The position numbers and the translations under genes are program-made. Below, one piece after another: positions 9,539-20,496 of a DNA stretch of 64,000 nucleotides; position 1 is the first letter of the stretch; each line of letters opens with the position of its first letter. The notes under the pieces are model-generated. The model saw nothing but the letters and a program-made list of their open reading frames with translations, searched no databases and was not told where the DNA came from. Origin of the DNA: an uncultured Bacteroidales bacterium (GTDB taxonomy: Bacteria; Bacteroidota; Bacteroidia; Bacteroidales; GCA-2748055); NCBI GenBank assembly GCA_963763215.1, contig CAVXNX010000006.1:83718-147717 (forward strand). The letters are read 5' to 3'.

Positions 9539-9931
9539 TTTTTCACTTCTGAATGATGGAAACCGTTAGGTATTCCCACCTGAAAAGACCGTGAGAAGGG
9601 GTAAATTGTTCACTTCTCTCCGGACGGGATGGGTATTCTGGTATTTTCCCGTCTGGATATTCACTTCAGGATCCTTGTTCATCCCTGTTTTAGTGGAACC
9701 TGTACAGGTTTGTCCACCAGGCTGTGGATTTTTTTTATCATTCCGGCCCTTTTAGGGTCCGAAATGAAAAGGGGAGATTACACTCCGACCGGTTCAGGAT
9801 CCAGCGTCTTTCAGCCATTGGAAGGGAATGACCGGCAATCCCGGTGAGAGTAAAGCCCGGAAATGAACCGGCTGGTATGCTATTTGGCATGATCATGACG
9901 GTAAGTGTGTAATCATTAAAATGAGTGTGAT

Positions 9932-10285
9932 ATGAAGATGTTAAAAAAAGCGTTGATGCTCCTTGTTATCCCCATGGCTGTTGCAGCGTGTTCGAAAGAC
10001 AATAATGAGACGGGGAATAACCTGCCCGGACCCAATGAGGTCTGGATGAAGAACAGGGCTTTTGTCCCATCGTCACTGACTGTTCCTGTCGGGACCACCG
10101 TGACCTGGACGAACAAAGATAATGTGGACCACAATGTTACTGATTCTACCTTGATCGTCAGCGGGACGATCCATCCGGGAGGGACGTTTACCTTTACCTT
10201 CGACTCTGCCGGGATTTATGACTACGCCTGTACGATTCATCCGGACATGACCGGATCAGTGCTTGTCAATGCCTCCGCCAAATAA
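9932..10285 (+). CDS. cupredoxin (plastocyanin/amicyanin-like blue copper) lipoprotein
   Basis: Signal peptide with lipobox VAACS. Type-1 copper ligands are H in DNVDHNV and C-x2-H-x2-M in YACTIHPDM. Confidence 0.8.
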   Translation: MKMLKKALMLLVIPMAVAACSKDNNETGNNLPGPNEVWMKNRAFVPSSLTVPVGTTVTWTNKDNVDHNVTDSTLIVSGTIHPGGTFTFTFDSAGIYDYACTIHPDMTGSVLVNASAK

Positions 10286-10585
10286 AGCATATGGAGGTTT
10301 TTTCGAAGATCGCAGGCCGGCATGAATTTCCGGTTGAGAGTGCCGGGCTGGGGGATATCAGGCCCCTTTCCCGGTAAGATGAGACCGGTCGTTTCGGGAA
10401 GGAAAAGGCTGAAAAAGCCAATGAAAATCATCAGAGGACTTCTGTATCCCTGGTGAAGCGGGGGGGCCATGACCGGCGTGGAGCTCGATGGACCCGATCA
10501 AGGGGTCACGGAGGGAGATAGGATGCGATTTGTCAAAATGAAAGTCTGAGATCTCGACCTCTTCCTATTACCACCCGGATAATCA

Positions 10586-11113
10586 TCAAAATAATTCCAG
10601 TTGTTCCGGATGTGTTGCCTCCAGTCGGAGTAGTTTTCGTTTGGCGGCAAGTCCCCCGGCATACCCGGTGAGTTTACCGTTACTGCCGATCACGCGGTGA
10701 CACGGAACGATGATCGCCAGGGCGTTGGCGCCATTTGCGGCGGCCACGGCCCGGATGGCTTTTGGATCACCCAGTCTTCCGGAGAGTTCAAGATAGGAAA
10801 CCGTTGTTCCAAAAGGGATCTCCAACAAAGCCTGCCAGACCTTCTTCTGGAACGCGGAACCCACCATAACAAGGGGCAGGTCGAATATCTCCCGGCCCCC
10901 AATGAAATAGTCCTCCAGCTGGCCGGCAGCCTGTTCCAGCACCGCATCATTCCCTTCCGCAAAGTTGGCTTCCAGACCTGACCGGATCCTTTGGTCGATC
11001 GCTTCTCTCATCGAACGGTACCGCCAGTCGCACAGGCACAGTCGGTCGCCCGTCGAGCCGAGGATCAGTTCACCGGCCGGGCTCTGGTAATATCGAATGT
11101 GGATCGTATTCAT
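10586..11113 (-). CDS. ogt: methylated-DNA--protein-cysteine methyltransferase
   Basis: Active-site IVPCHRVIG motif and a typical 175-aa length. Confidence 0.9.
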   Translation of the reverse strand: MNTIHIRYYQSPAGELILGSTGDRLCLCDWRYRSMREAIDQRIRSGLEANFAEGNDAVLEQAAGQLEDYFIGGREIFDLPLVMVGSAFQKKVWQALLEIPFGTTVSYLELSGRLGDPKAIRAVAAANGANALAIIVPCHRVIGSNGKLTGYAGGLAAKRKLLRLEATHPEQLELF

Positions 11114-11117
11114 GAAC

Positions 11118-11621
11118 TTATTGGATTCCGACCACCTGACTCCGGCGTTCCATCAGGACCACATCGCGCCAACGGTCCTCCATCTTCCCGATCTTTTCCC
11201 GGACACCAACCACGCGGAAGCCGTTTTTCAGGTGCAAATGAATGCTACTTTCGTTTTCCGGAAAAATGCCTGCCTGCAGGGTCCATAGGCCATGCGTTTC
11301 GGATTCGGTGATCAGGGCCTGCATCAATGTGTTGCCAATACCCTGCCCCTGGTAGTCCGGATCGATATAAATGCTCACTTCCACAACGCCTGAATATACC
11401 GGCCTTTCCGACATGTTGGAAAGCGCTGCCCATCCTGCCGTCTGATCCCCGGAAAGGGCAATCAGCCGGCAATCTTTTCGGTGGGTCTTATTCCATGAAT
11501 TCCAGTCGGGAACATGCTTCTCAAATGTGGCATTTCCGGAAGCAATACCGAAATTATATATCCGGATGACATCATTCCAGTGATGCTCGGTCATGATTTC
11601 AATGCGTACTATTGTATCCAT
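11118..11621 (-). CDS. GNAT N-acetyltransferase (phosphinothricin-acetyltransferase-like)
   Basis: 167 aa with acetyl-CoA motif QGQGIGNTLM and an N-terminal GNATFE segment typical of PAT-type GNATs. Confidence 0.75.
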   Translation of the reverse strand: MDTIVRIEIMTEHHWNDVIRIYNFGIASGNATFEKHVPDWNSWNKTHRKDCRLIALSGDQTAGWAALSNMSERPVYSGVVEVSIYIDPDYQGQGIGNTLMQALITESETHGLWTLQAGIFPENESSIHLHLKNGFRVVGVREKIGKMEDRWRDVVLMERRSQVVGIQ

Positions 11622-11675
11622 CGTCGGTGATAAATAATCAAAAGATCTGGCAGCAATTCATCATTATCATTTACC

Positions 11676-11832
11676 TAGTGCTTGCAAGAAAACGCCAATA
11701 GCTGCGTTATGCTCGACTTCAAAACAGTCATTTACGAATAGTAAACTCCTGTTTTTCAGTCATCGCAAGCCTTGCTCTTGACGTTTTCTTATCAAGCACG
11801 GCTAAAAAACATGAGTTTTCTTTCTGACACTA
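11676..11832 (-). repeat. copy A of a 157-bp repeat (153-bp core flanked by TA); MITE-like
   Basis: Base-by-base comparison shows the exact reverse complement of 56660..56816 (157/157). It lies in the gap between the cysteine synthase stop (11851) and the GNAT start (11621). Confidence 0.9.
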
Positions 11833-11850
11833 CCTATGATCCGCAATGGA

Positions 11851-12774
11851 TCATAAGTCATTGTATTTAAAACCGGTATCGCAGAGAATTGTTGCAATCG
11901 TTTTCACTGCTCCATGGCTTTGGGCGTACTTTATGGCGGCGGCGACGTTGGCTCCGGACGAATATCCGGCGAAAAGTCCCTGTTCTCCACTGAGCCTCCG
12001 GGTCATTGTCCTCACCTCATCGTCAGAAACGGTGACAATATCATCCGCCAGCTCCGGGTCCCAATGAGGAGGGATCAGCCCGTAGCCAACCCCCTGGATG
12101 ATATGCCTGGGATCTTTGATCTTCCCTGTCTTCAGGATCGCGGCGTTGGCGGGTTCGACAGCGACACACCGGATCTGCCTGTTCCGGCTCTTCAGATACC
12201 TTGAGGTACCGGTGAAGGTGCCGCCGCTGCCAACAGCGGTGACAAAGGCATCCAGGTTGGGAAGACCGGCGAGGATCTCCGGTCCGGTCGTCTCGAAATG
12301 GGCTTTGACTCCCGAGGGATTACGGAACTGATCGACATAAAATCCGCCGCGTTCTGAGGCCAGGTCCTTTGCCACCTTTGAAGCGTATTCGATATCCTTT
12401 CCGGTGACCATTCCTTCCCGGCCGTTGACCTGCCTGGTGACAATGACTTCGGCACCAAGGGCTTTCAGTAGCCTGATCCTTTCCGGGCTGTTGCCCTCGG
12501 GCATCACTGCCGTAAAAGGATTGCCGAACCGGCGGCATACCACTGCCAGGCCGGAACCCATATTGCCGCTGGTCATTTCCACCACCTCCTGGCCTTTGCG
12601 GAGCCGCCCGTCGGCATAGGCGTCGATGATGATCTGGAGCGCGGCCCGGTCCTTGATGCTCCCGCCGGGTTGCATATACTCCACCTTTGCAAAGATTTGG
12701 AACGACGGTCCCGAGAGCCTGTCCAGAAGGACCATCGGTGTCCGTTTTATCAGATCGAGAGTTGTGCGGATCAT
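11851..12774 (-). CDS. cysK: cysteine synthase / PLP-dependent beta-replacement enzyme (CysK/CysM family)
   Basis: PLP-lysine motif GGSIKDRAAL and the GSGGTFTG loop; 307 aa. Confidence 0.85.
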   Translation of the reverse strand: MIRTTLDLIKRTPMVLLDRLSGPSFQIFAKVEYMQPGGSIKDRAALQIIIDAYADGRLRKGQEVVEMTSGNMGSGLAVVCRRFGNPFTAVMPEGNSPERIRLLKALGAEVIVTRQVNGREGMVTGKDIEYASKVAKDLASERGGFYVDQFRNPSGVKAHFETTGPEILAGLPNLDAFVTAVGSGGTFTGTSRYLKSRNRQIRCVAVEPANAAILKTGKIKDPRHIIQGVGYGLIPPHWDPELADDIVTVSDDEVRTMTRRLSGEQGLFAGYSSGANVAAAIKYAQSHGAVKTIATILCDTGFKYNDL

Positions 12775-13089
12775 GATGTCAGGATTTAACCATGAAACTC
12801 ACCAATGGGCTGCCGGAAGAAGATTTTTTCACTGGTGTTTCACGATCTGTGCAATAATACGCATTCTGGCGGAAAGGGTAAAAACAAATCCCGGAATATT
12901 TCCAGCGGATGGATCCGAATTTCCTGTGCATTTCTCTGTCCTGCGGCGCCATAGGTGAAAAAACGGCATTTTTTATGCTTACCGTGAAGCCATCGCCATG
13001 AAATATCGGTGGCACGAATACGGCGATCTGAACCTGATCATCTGAGTGAAAAACGTCCCGACAATAAATGACGATTCAAAAAATATAGT

Positions 13090-13097
13090 TATCTTTG
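13090..13097 (+). promoter_or_regulatory. candidate Bacteroidota -7 promoter box TATCTTTG (TAnnTTTG)
   Basis: The motif was read directly, 25 nt upstream of the higB ATG. I found no clear -33 TTTG. Confidence 0.35.
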
Positions 13098-13121
13098 ACG
13101 TTAGTATTATAAAACGAAAGT

Positions 13122-13397
13122 ATGATTGTTTCATTTGGTTCAAAGGATACCGCGAATATATGGAATGGGGAACGAGTAAAAAAGACGCCGATTGAGATAC
13201 AGCAAATTGGACGGAGAAAATTGAGAATGATTAATAACTCCCAAAATTGGTCGGATTTGAGAATACCTCCCTCAAACAGCTTTGAGAAATTAAAAGGTTC
13301 AGATTTTTATAGTATCAGAATTAATGACCAATGGAGAATAGTACTGAGGTGGATCGATAATAATGCACACGATGTTGAGATAGTTGATTATCATTAA
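13122..13397 (+). CDS. higB: HigB-type toxin (RelE/ParE superfamily, killer protein)
   Basis: 91 aa. FGSKDTANIWNGERVKK...LRIPPSNSFEKLKG...YSIRINDQWRIV is the canonical HigB pattern. Confidence 0.85.
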   Translation: MIVSFGSKDTANIWNGERVKKTPIEIQQIGRRKLRMINNSQNWSDLRIPPSNSFEKLKGSDFYSIRINDQWRIVLRWIDNNAHDVEIVDYH

Positions 13398-13416
13398 AAA
13401 ATTGGAAGATTTAAAA

Positions 13417-13719
13417 ATGGACAGATTAGCAAACATACATCCAGGCGAGATTTTACTTGAGGAGTTTTTACGTCCTCTTGATATTACGGCTTATAGATTA
13501 TCAAAGGATACAGAGATTCCACAGTCTCGTATTTCACAAATTGTTAAAGGAAAACGGAGGATAACGGCTGATACTGCATTGAGATTTTCCTCATATTTTG
13601 GGACAACTGCAAAATTTTGGCTTGGGCTTCAAGATGATTATGACATTGAAGAAGAAAGGAAAGATAAGCAAGAAATATTCATGAAAATAAAGACAAACGC
13701 ACCACAGCATCAGGTATAG
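13417..13719 (+). CDS. higA: HigA-type antitoxin (XRE HTH)
   Basis: IHPGEILLEEFLRPLDITAYRLSKDTEIPQSRISQIVKGKRRITADTALR is the HigA/VapI HTH. The ORF track starts at 13384, but the internal ATG at 13417 gives the usual N-terminus. Confidence 0.85.
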   Translation: MDRLANIHPGEILLEEFLRPLDITAYRLSKDTEIPQSRISQIVKGKRRITADTALRFSSYFGTTAKFWLGLQDDYDIEEERKDKQEIFMKIKTNAPQHQV

Positions 13720-13772
13720 CGCATACGGCCTATAAACGTTCGGAGATCAGAACGCCGGTGTTTCCCATGTTC

Positions 13773-15204
13773 TTATATTGCCTGTTCTTCCTTGAATCCA
13801 CCGTTCACCTGTCGCGGCAGGCTTTCCTGACTGGCAGTGAGGACCACTGACGGTTCTTCTTGAGGGAACTCAAGCATGAAAACGGTACGTTCATCATCGC
13901 TGGTCACCGAGAGTGAGCCCTGGTGCAGATACATGATCTGCCGCGAAAGGGCAAGACCGATGCCTGTTCCCGTTTTCTTTGTCGTGAAAAAGGGAATGAA
14001 GATTTTCTCGAGGATATCCGCGGGAATCCGAGGACCATTGTTGGCTACCGTGATGAGGGCGCCGCCGGCATTGCGCCGGCTGATGCCGATGGTCAGCTTG
14101 CGCCCGGAAGGTCTGCCGGAGAGGGCATCGACCGCATTGTTGATCAGGTTGAAGACGACCTGGTTGATCAGGTTCTTGTCGGCCATGATAATTTTGACCC
14201 CCGGATCGATCGTTACCCCGAAAGCGGTCTGCTCATCGACCAGTTGTTCCGAAACCAGCAATTTGACCTGGTCCGACCATTCAGCCACATCAATAGGTTC
14301 GATCACCGGTCTGGGAAGACGGACAAGCTTCCTGTAGCTGTTTACGAAATTCAGGAGGCCGTTGCCCTGTTCATCGATGGTCGTCAGCCCTTTGACGGCA
14401 ACTTCAATCACTTCACGACTCACATCGGCCGGCCCGATGGGCTTTCCGTCATGGAAAAACAGCTTGTGAAGGGTCCTGGATACGGAGGTCAGCGGGGCAA
14501 CCGAGTTCATGATCTCATGGGTGAGGATCCGGATAAGACTTTGGTACGACTCCATCTCCTTCCGGTCGAGTTCGCGGCGGATGTTTTCAATGGAGATCAG
14601 TTTCAGGTGTTTTTCACCGGCCTGGATCTCCCGGGCGCGGAACAAAAGGGTTTCCTCCTTGCCGTCGAGGGTGTTTCTGACCGTCAGGGTTTCTCCGGCA
14701 GTGATCCTTCCCAGTATGCCATCGAATTCCGGGTTCCTGTACTTCAGTAGACGGGTGTCGGTGGAATCGGGTGTTATGCCGGCAAAAACAGAGGCCGCCT
14801 CGTTGATCATCTCGATGTGCCCACCGGCATCCATGACAATGAGGCCGGTTGTCGATTGCCTGATCACGGCGCGGTAATACTGCTCGCGGGCCTCAGCATG
14901 GAGGCGCAACGCCTGGATGCCCCGGTTGATGCGGTTCATCTCCCTGTATAGCTTGCGCACGGCCGGATTCGTCGAAGTTTCCGGGAAAAGCACCGAGGTG
15001 TCGTTGCTGTTAACCGCATCAAAGAAAAGAGTAAGGTTCCGTTCCGTCCGTCGGGTGTTCCGGAACAGCGAAAGGGCAAGGGCAACGGAGATGAATGCCG
15101 GGAATACGAGATAATCCGGATGTGCACCGGTGGCCAGGACCCCGGTCAGAACCGCTGAAAACAACATCCCGGCAATCAGGATGATCCGTATCCATGGCAG
15201 GCCT

Positions 15205-15215
<11 letters not shown>
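13773..15215 (-). CDS. sensor histidine kinase (membrane anchor + PAS + HisKA/HATPase)
   Basis: H-box [13 protein letters not shown]-box [10 protein letters not shown] and G-box [13 protein letters not shown], with two N-terminal hydrophobic helices. It overlaps the upstream regulator gene by 11 nt. Confidence 0.9.
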
Positions 15216-16565
<1,350 letters not shown>

Positions 16566-16782
16566 GGTACACGCATTAAACAAAGTGAAACCGAACCCTC
16601 GCGCAGGATCACTGCCGGCCGGGATAAACGCTCAGGGGACAGAAAGCCCGTGTTCCTGGAGAAAATGCAAAGATCTGATCAAATGTAAGCATTTTTTACA
16701 TGCTATTGTAAGAATTCTTTACAAGTTCTTTTGGACATGCAATGCTAATTAATAGATATACAGATATTTATACTTCGTGGTA

Positions 16783-16790
16783 TATTTTTG
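16783..16790 (+). promoter_or_regulatory. candidate -7 promoter box TATTTTTG
   Basis: Matches TAnnTTTG, 27 nt upstream of the ABC ATPase ATG (16817). Confidence 0.35.
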
Positions 16791-16816
16791 GCCTGCAAAG
16801 GAAAAAACCTGTAACC

Positions 16817-17509
16817 ATGATACGCACAACCCATCTGTCCAAAATTTTCCGCGCCGGGATCATCGAGACCACGGCTTTGAAAGATATCAACATCACCGTT
16901 CAGGAAGGAGAGTTCGTTGCCGTGATGGGGCCATCGGGGTGCGGCAAATCAACCCTGCTCAATATCATGGGCTTACTCGACAGCCCCGATGACGGAGAAT
17001 ACTTTTTCGACGGGATCCCCACCTCATCGCTCAGGGAAGGGGAGAGGACAAGGATGAGAAAAGGAGCCATCGGCTTTGTTTTTCAGAATTTTAACCTCAT
17101 CGATGAACTCACCGTTTCTGAAAACGTGGAGTTGCCGCTGCTGGCCCTTCGCGTAAGAGGGCCCGAACGAAAACAACGTGTGCGGGACGTTCTCGGACAG
17201 ATGCAGATGCTGCACCGGAGGGATCATTTCCCCCAGCAGCTCTCGGGAGGGCAGCAGCAACGGGTCGCCATCGCCAGGGCGGTGATCTCCAACCCCCGGC
17301 TGATCCTTACCGACGAACCCACCGGTAACCTCGATTCCGCCAACGGTGAGCAGGTCATGCAAATGCTCGAGAACCTCAATGCCTCCGGTACCACCATCGT
17401 CATGGTCACCCACTCCGAACCCCATGCAGAACGGGCTCACCGGGTCATCAACCTGTTCGACGGACAGGTCGTCGCCGAAAGGAAAGATCATGAGTTTTCC
17501 ATCGCTTAA
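16817..17509 (+). CDS. ABC transporter ATP-binding protein (MacB/LolD-type)
   Basis: Walker A GPSGCGKST, signature LSGGQQQRVAIARA and Walker B LILTDEPTGNLD. The ORF track starts at 16742; MIRTTHL at 16817 is the usual N-terminus. Confidence 0.9.
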   Translation: MIRTTHLSKIFRAGIIETTALKDINITVQEGEFVAVMGPSGCGKSTLLNIMGLLDSPDDGEYFFDGIPTSSLREGERTRMRKGAIGFVFQNFNLIDELTVSENVELPLLALRVRGPERKQRVRDVLGQMQMLHRRDHFPQQLSGGQQQRVAIARAVISNPRLILTDEPTGNLDSANGEQVMQMLENLNASGTTIVMVTHSEPHAERAHRVINLFDGQVVAERKDHEFSIA

Positions 17510-17519
17510 GCCCCCCGAT

Positions 17520-19899
17520 ATGAAAAGACATTTTTTTCATCTGCTGATCCGCCGGCAACTTAATGACAAGTTGTTCTCGGCCATCAACCTCCTGAACCTC
17601 GTGGTGGGATTTACCGCATTTATCCTCCTCGTCATTTTCATCCGGCATAACCTGGACTATGATAAGCACAATATCCATTATGACAGGATTTACCGCCTTC
17701 AATTATTTATGGATGTGCCGCAGAGCAATATCAAACATACGAGCAGCGTAACAGCCGCTCTTTCACGTCATGAATTGCCGGCTCTGCCGGAGGTGGAGCA
17801 AACCGCGACGATCCACAATGCCGGCGATGAAAATGTGGATGGCTATTTCTTCCTGTCACCGGACAAGGAAAAAAAGGTGCTCCTGGAAAAGGGCTTCTTC
17901 GCCGATCCGTCCATCTTCAGGATCTTTACCTTCCGGTTCCTGGAGGGAAATGCCGGTGATGCCCTCACGGAGCCCAATACGATCGTGCTTTCCCGCAAGG
18001 ATGCGATGCTGTTCTTTCCTCAAGGACAGGCACTGGGAAAGATCCTTCTCCTCGAAAATAAAATTCCCGTCAGAGTTGCCGGGGTATATGACGATCTTCC
18101 GGTGAATTCTGACTGGCGGCCGGAATACCTTTTGCCGATGCAGAGTTATTCTTCCATTACCGGCTGGCAGGGATATGAAGACAATTACTGGATGTATTCC
18201 TTCCAGACGTATGTTCTTTTAAAACCACATGCCAACTATAAGGACGTGAATGCGAAGATTTATGATGACCTGAAGAATTACCGGAAACAACACCATCCCT
18301 ACCTCAGGCCTCTTTCCCTGTTGCACATGAATCCTTACTACCATGGCGAATGGCTTCTTGCCATCGCACTTTTCATCTTTACGGCTATACTGATCCTGAT
18401 TCTGACTGCCGTCAATTTTATCAATCTGCAGACGGCGGATGCCGCTTCCAGGGGCCGGGAGATCGGCATTAAGAAAACAGTAGGATTTTCTGTCCGCGAG
18501 GTCTGGGCGCAATATGTCGGCGAAGCGGTTGTCATCTGCATTTTTTCAGCAGATCATCGGCCTGGCAGTGGCCCATTATTGTCTTCCTTTGTTCACCCGC
18601 ATCATCGGAAACGATCTTCATCTCAGTGTATTCCGAAATGTCCCGGTCATTGTCCTGGTTCTTCTCATCGCCGTCGTAACAGGGTTCCTCTCAGCCCTGT
18701 ACCCGGCCTTCATCATTTCCCGTTACAATCCGGTCAAAGCTTTGAAACAACGGTTTATTGAAGTGGAAAACAAAGGCTTTAGCTTGAAAAAAGGGCTCAT
18801 TGCCCTGCAGTTCAGCATTTCATTGTTTTTTGTCATCGTCAGTATCATCGTTTTCCACCAGGCGGATTACATGATGACCAAGGATATGGGTTTCGACAGG
18901 ACAAACCTCCTGGTGGCCAATCTGAAGACCTACCGGTATGGTTCTTTTGATCCGGTCAGGCAGCAGCTGCTGAGCCATCCCGAGATTACAGACGCCTGTT
19001 TCTCCGATTACATTCCGTTTATTCTTCCGGGAGGCGATGAACTGAATTGGGAAGGAGGATTGCCTGAGGATAAAGTATTCGTGCGGATCAGCGACATCAC
19101 CTATGATTATTTCGAGACCTACAGGATGAAAATCGTTGCCGGGCGTAATTTTTCACGGGACTATCCGACCGATGTGGATAAATGCCTGGTGAATGAAGCG
19201 GCTGTCCGGGTCTTTGGATGGAAAAATCCGATTGGGATGAAGGTGAAGAGTTGGGACAAAGACCGGGAAGTGATTGGCGTTGTGGGGGATTATGTCGCTC
19301 AGACGGTTCAGAACGCCATTGAGCCGCATACGTTCCGCCTGTTGAGCGATTCCGTATCCCTGACGGGAATGTACACCGTCAGGTACAAACCGGGAAAATT
19401 CAGGGAGGCCGGCCGGATTGTCCAGGAGATATTTGAAGATTATTACCCGCAAGATGTTTTCCATTTCGAACCGTTCGACAATCTGATCTATGAGGAGAGT
19501 GCCAATCAGGGATTCCGGATGTTCAGCAAGATGTGGATCTTTTTCACCATTATTTCCATAACCATTTCCTCCGTGGGGCTTTTCGGGCTTGTCGTTTTCT
19601 ATTCGCGGCGCAAAATGAAGGAGATCGGCATCCGGAAGGTTGTTGGTTTTTCGGTCCTCAGGCTGTACACCGGGCTGGTCTGGGAATTTATGCGGCTCAT
19701 CGTCTGGGGCATGCTCTTTTCCTGGATCGCCGCCTGGTTCGTGTATACGAAACTGCCCGGAACGGATAAGTATCCTTTGGGCATCAGAGAATTCCTCTAT
19801 GGCACGCTCGTCATTTTCGCCGTGGCACTGATCACGGTCAGCTATACCATTTGGATGGCTGCACGAAGGAACCCTTCATCCATTCTGAAATATGAATAG
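17520..19899 (+). pseudogene. FtsX/MacB-type ABC permease (two FtsX domains, ~790 aa), one frame disruption near 18540-18550
   Basis: ORF 17346..18761 carries MKRHFFHLLIRRQLNDKLFSAINLLN... up to GFSVREVWAQYVGEAVVICIF. ORF 18514..19899 continues (F)QQIIGLAVAHYCLPLF...NPVKALK and a second permease half. The switch occurs at a T6 run (GCATTTTTTCAG). Confidence 0.85.
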
Positions 19900-19962
19900 A
19901 GGAGGAGCACCGGGATCACCCGTCACCAATGATACAACAGGAGTTGGACAGTCCGGGACGGT

Positions 19963-20415
19963 TCAGTGACTGATTTTCCCGGGCAGGCCCTTTTCCACGC
20001 TGACTTTCATCGCCCGGAGCATCTGATTCCAGTTTGCCTCCGAATGTTCACGGGCTTCCTCTGTCGGATTATTATCCTGGGTCAGTGTGATCACAACATG
20101 CCCGGGTTTCTCCGTCAGGCCGATGCTCACCGTATGGTAATTTTCAGGAACGTCCTCCAGTCCCGAGAGAGGACTGAAATGACTGTAAACCAGGTGCAGT
20201 CCTGGTTGTATCGAGAGGATGGTCCCTTTATCCTCGTAGGTTGAACCCTGCCACTCGCCTTTCCATCTGATGGGGCTGCCTTCTTTCCAGTCCGAGACGA
20301 CTTCCGCCCCGAACATGTATTCCCTGATCCGTTCGGGATTCACCAGGGCATCCCAGACATGCTCGACCGGTGCCTCAATGGTCACTGATGCCGTGGCTAT
20401 CAGGTTATCTTTCAT
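19963..20415 (-). CDS. SRPBCC (AHSA1/START-like) domain protein
   Basis: TIEAPVEHVWDALVNPERIREYMFG... is the typical AHSA1-type pattern. Start taken at MKDNL. Confidence 0.65.
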   Translation of the reverse strand: MKDNLIATASVTIEAPVEHVWDALVNPERIREYMFGAEVVSDWKEGSPIRWKGEWQGSTYEDKGTILSIQPGLHLVYSHFSPLSGLEDVPENYHTVSIGLTEKPGHVVITLTQDNNPTEEAREHSEANWNQMLRAMKVSVEKGLPGKISH

Positions 20416-20496
20416 ATTGCCGGATTTAATGTTCAATAAGCTTCTCTCAGAAACAAACCGTCCTGCCCGGGAGTTCATTTTCCGGGTTGAAAACGA

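Noticed and set aside
9780-9880. Possible riboswitch upstream of the cupredoxin gene (GGAAGGGAATGACCGGCAATCCC ... AAGCCCGGAAATGAACCGGC, loosely cobalamin-like)
   Set aside because: Key conserved elements of the cobalamin riboswitch (GGTG...AA...TCC core, GCCACTG) are absent. Only a CCGGTTCA/TGAACCGG outer stem is visible. This is not enough to call an RNA element without a covariance-model search.
13384-13416. The longer higA start suggested by the ORF track (MIIIKKLEDLK...)
   Set aside because: It overlaps the end of higB and adds residues not seen in HigA antitoxins. The internal ATG at 13417 gives the canonical N-terminus.
16731-16746. Sigma54-type -24/-12 promoter TTGGACATGCAATGCT upstream of the ABC exporter
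   Set aside because: The GG-to-GC spacing is one nucleotide shorter than consensus and the -24 box is TGGACA rather than TGGCAC. I kept it only as a remark, because single-base indels are common in this assembly.
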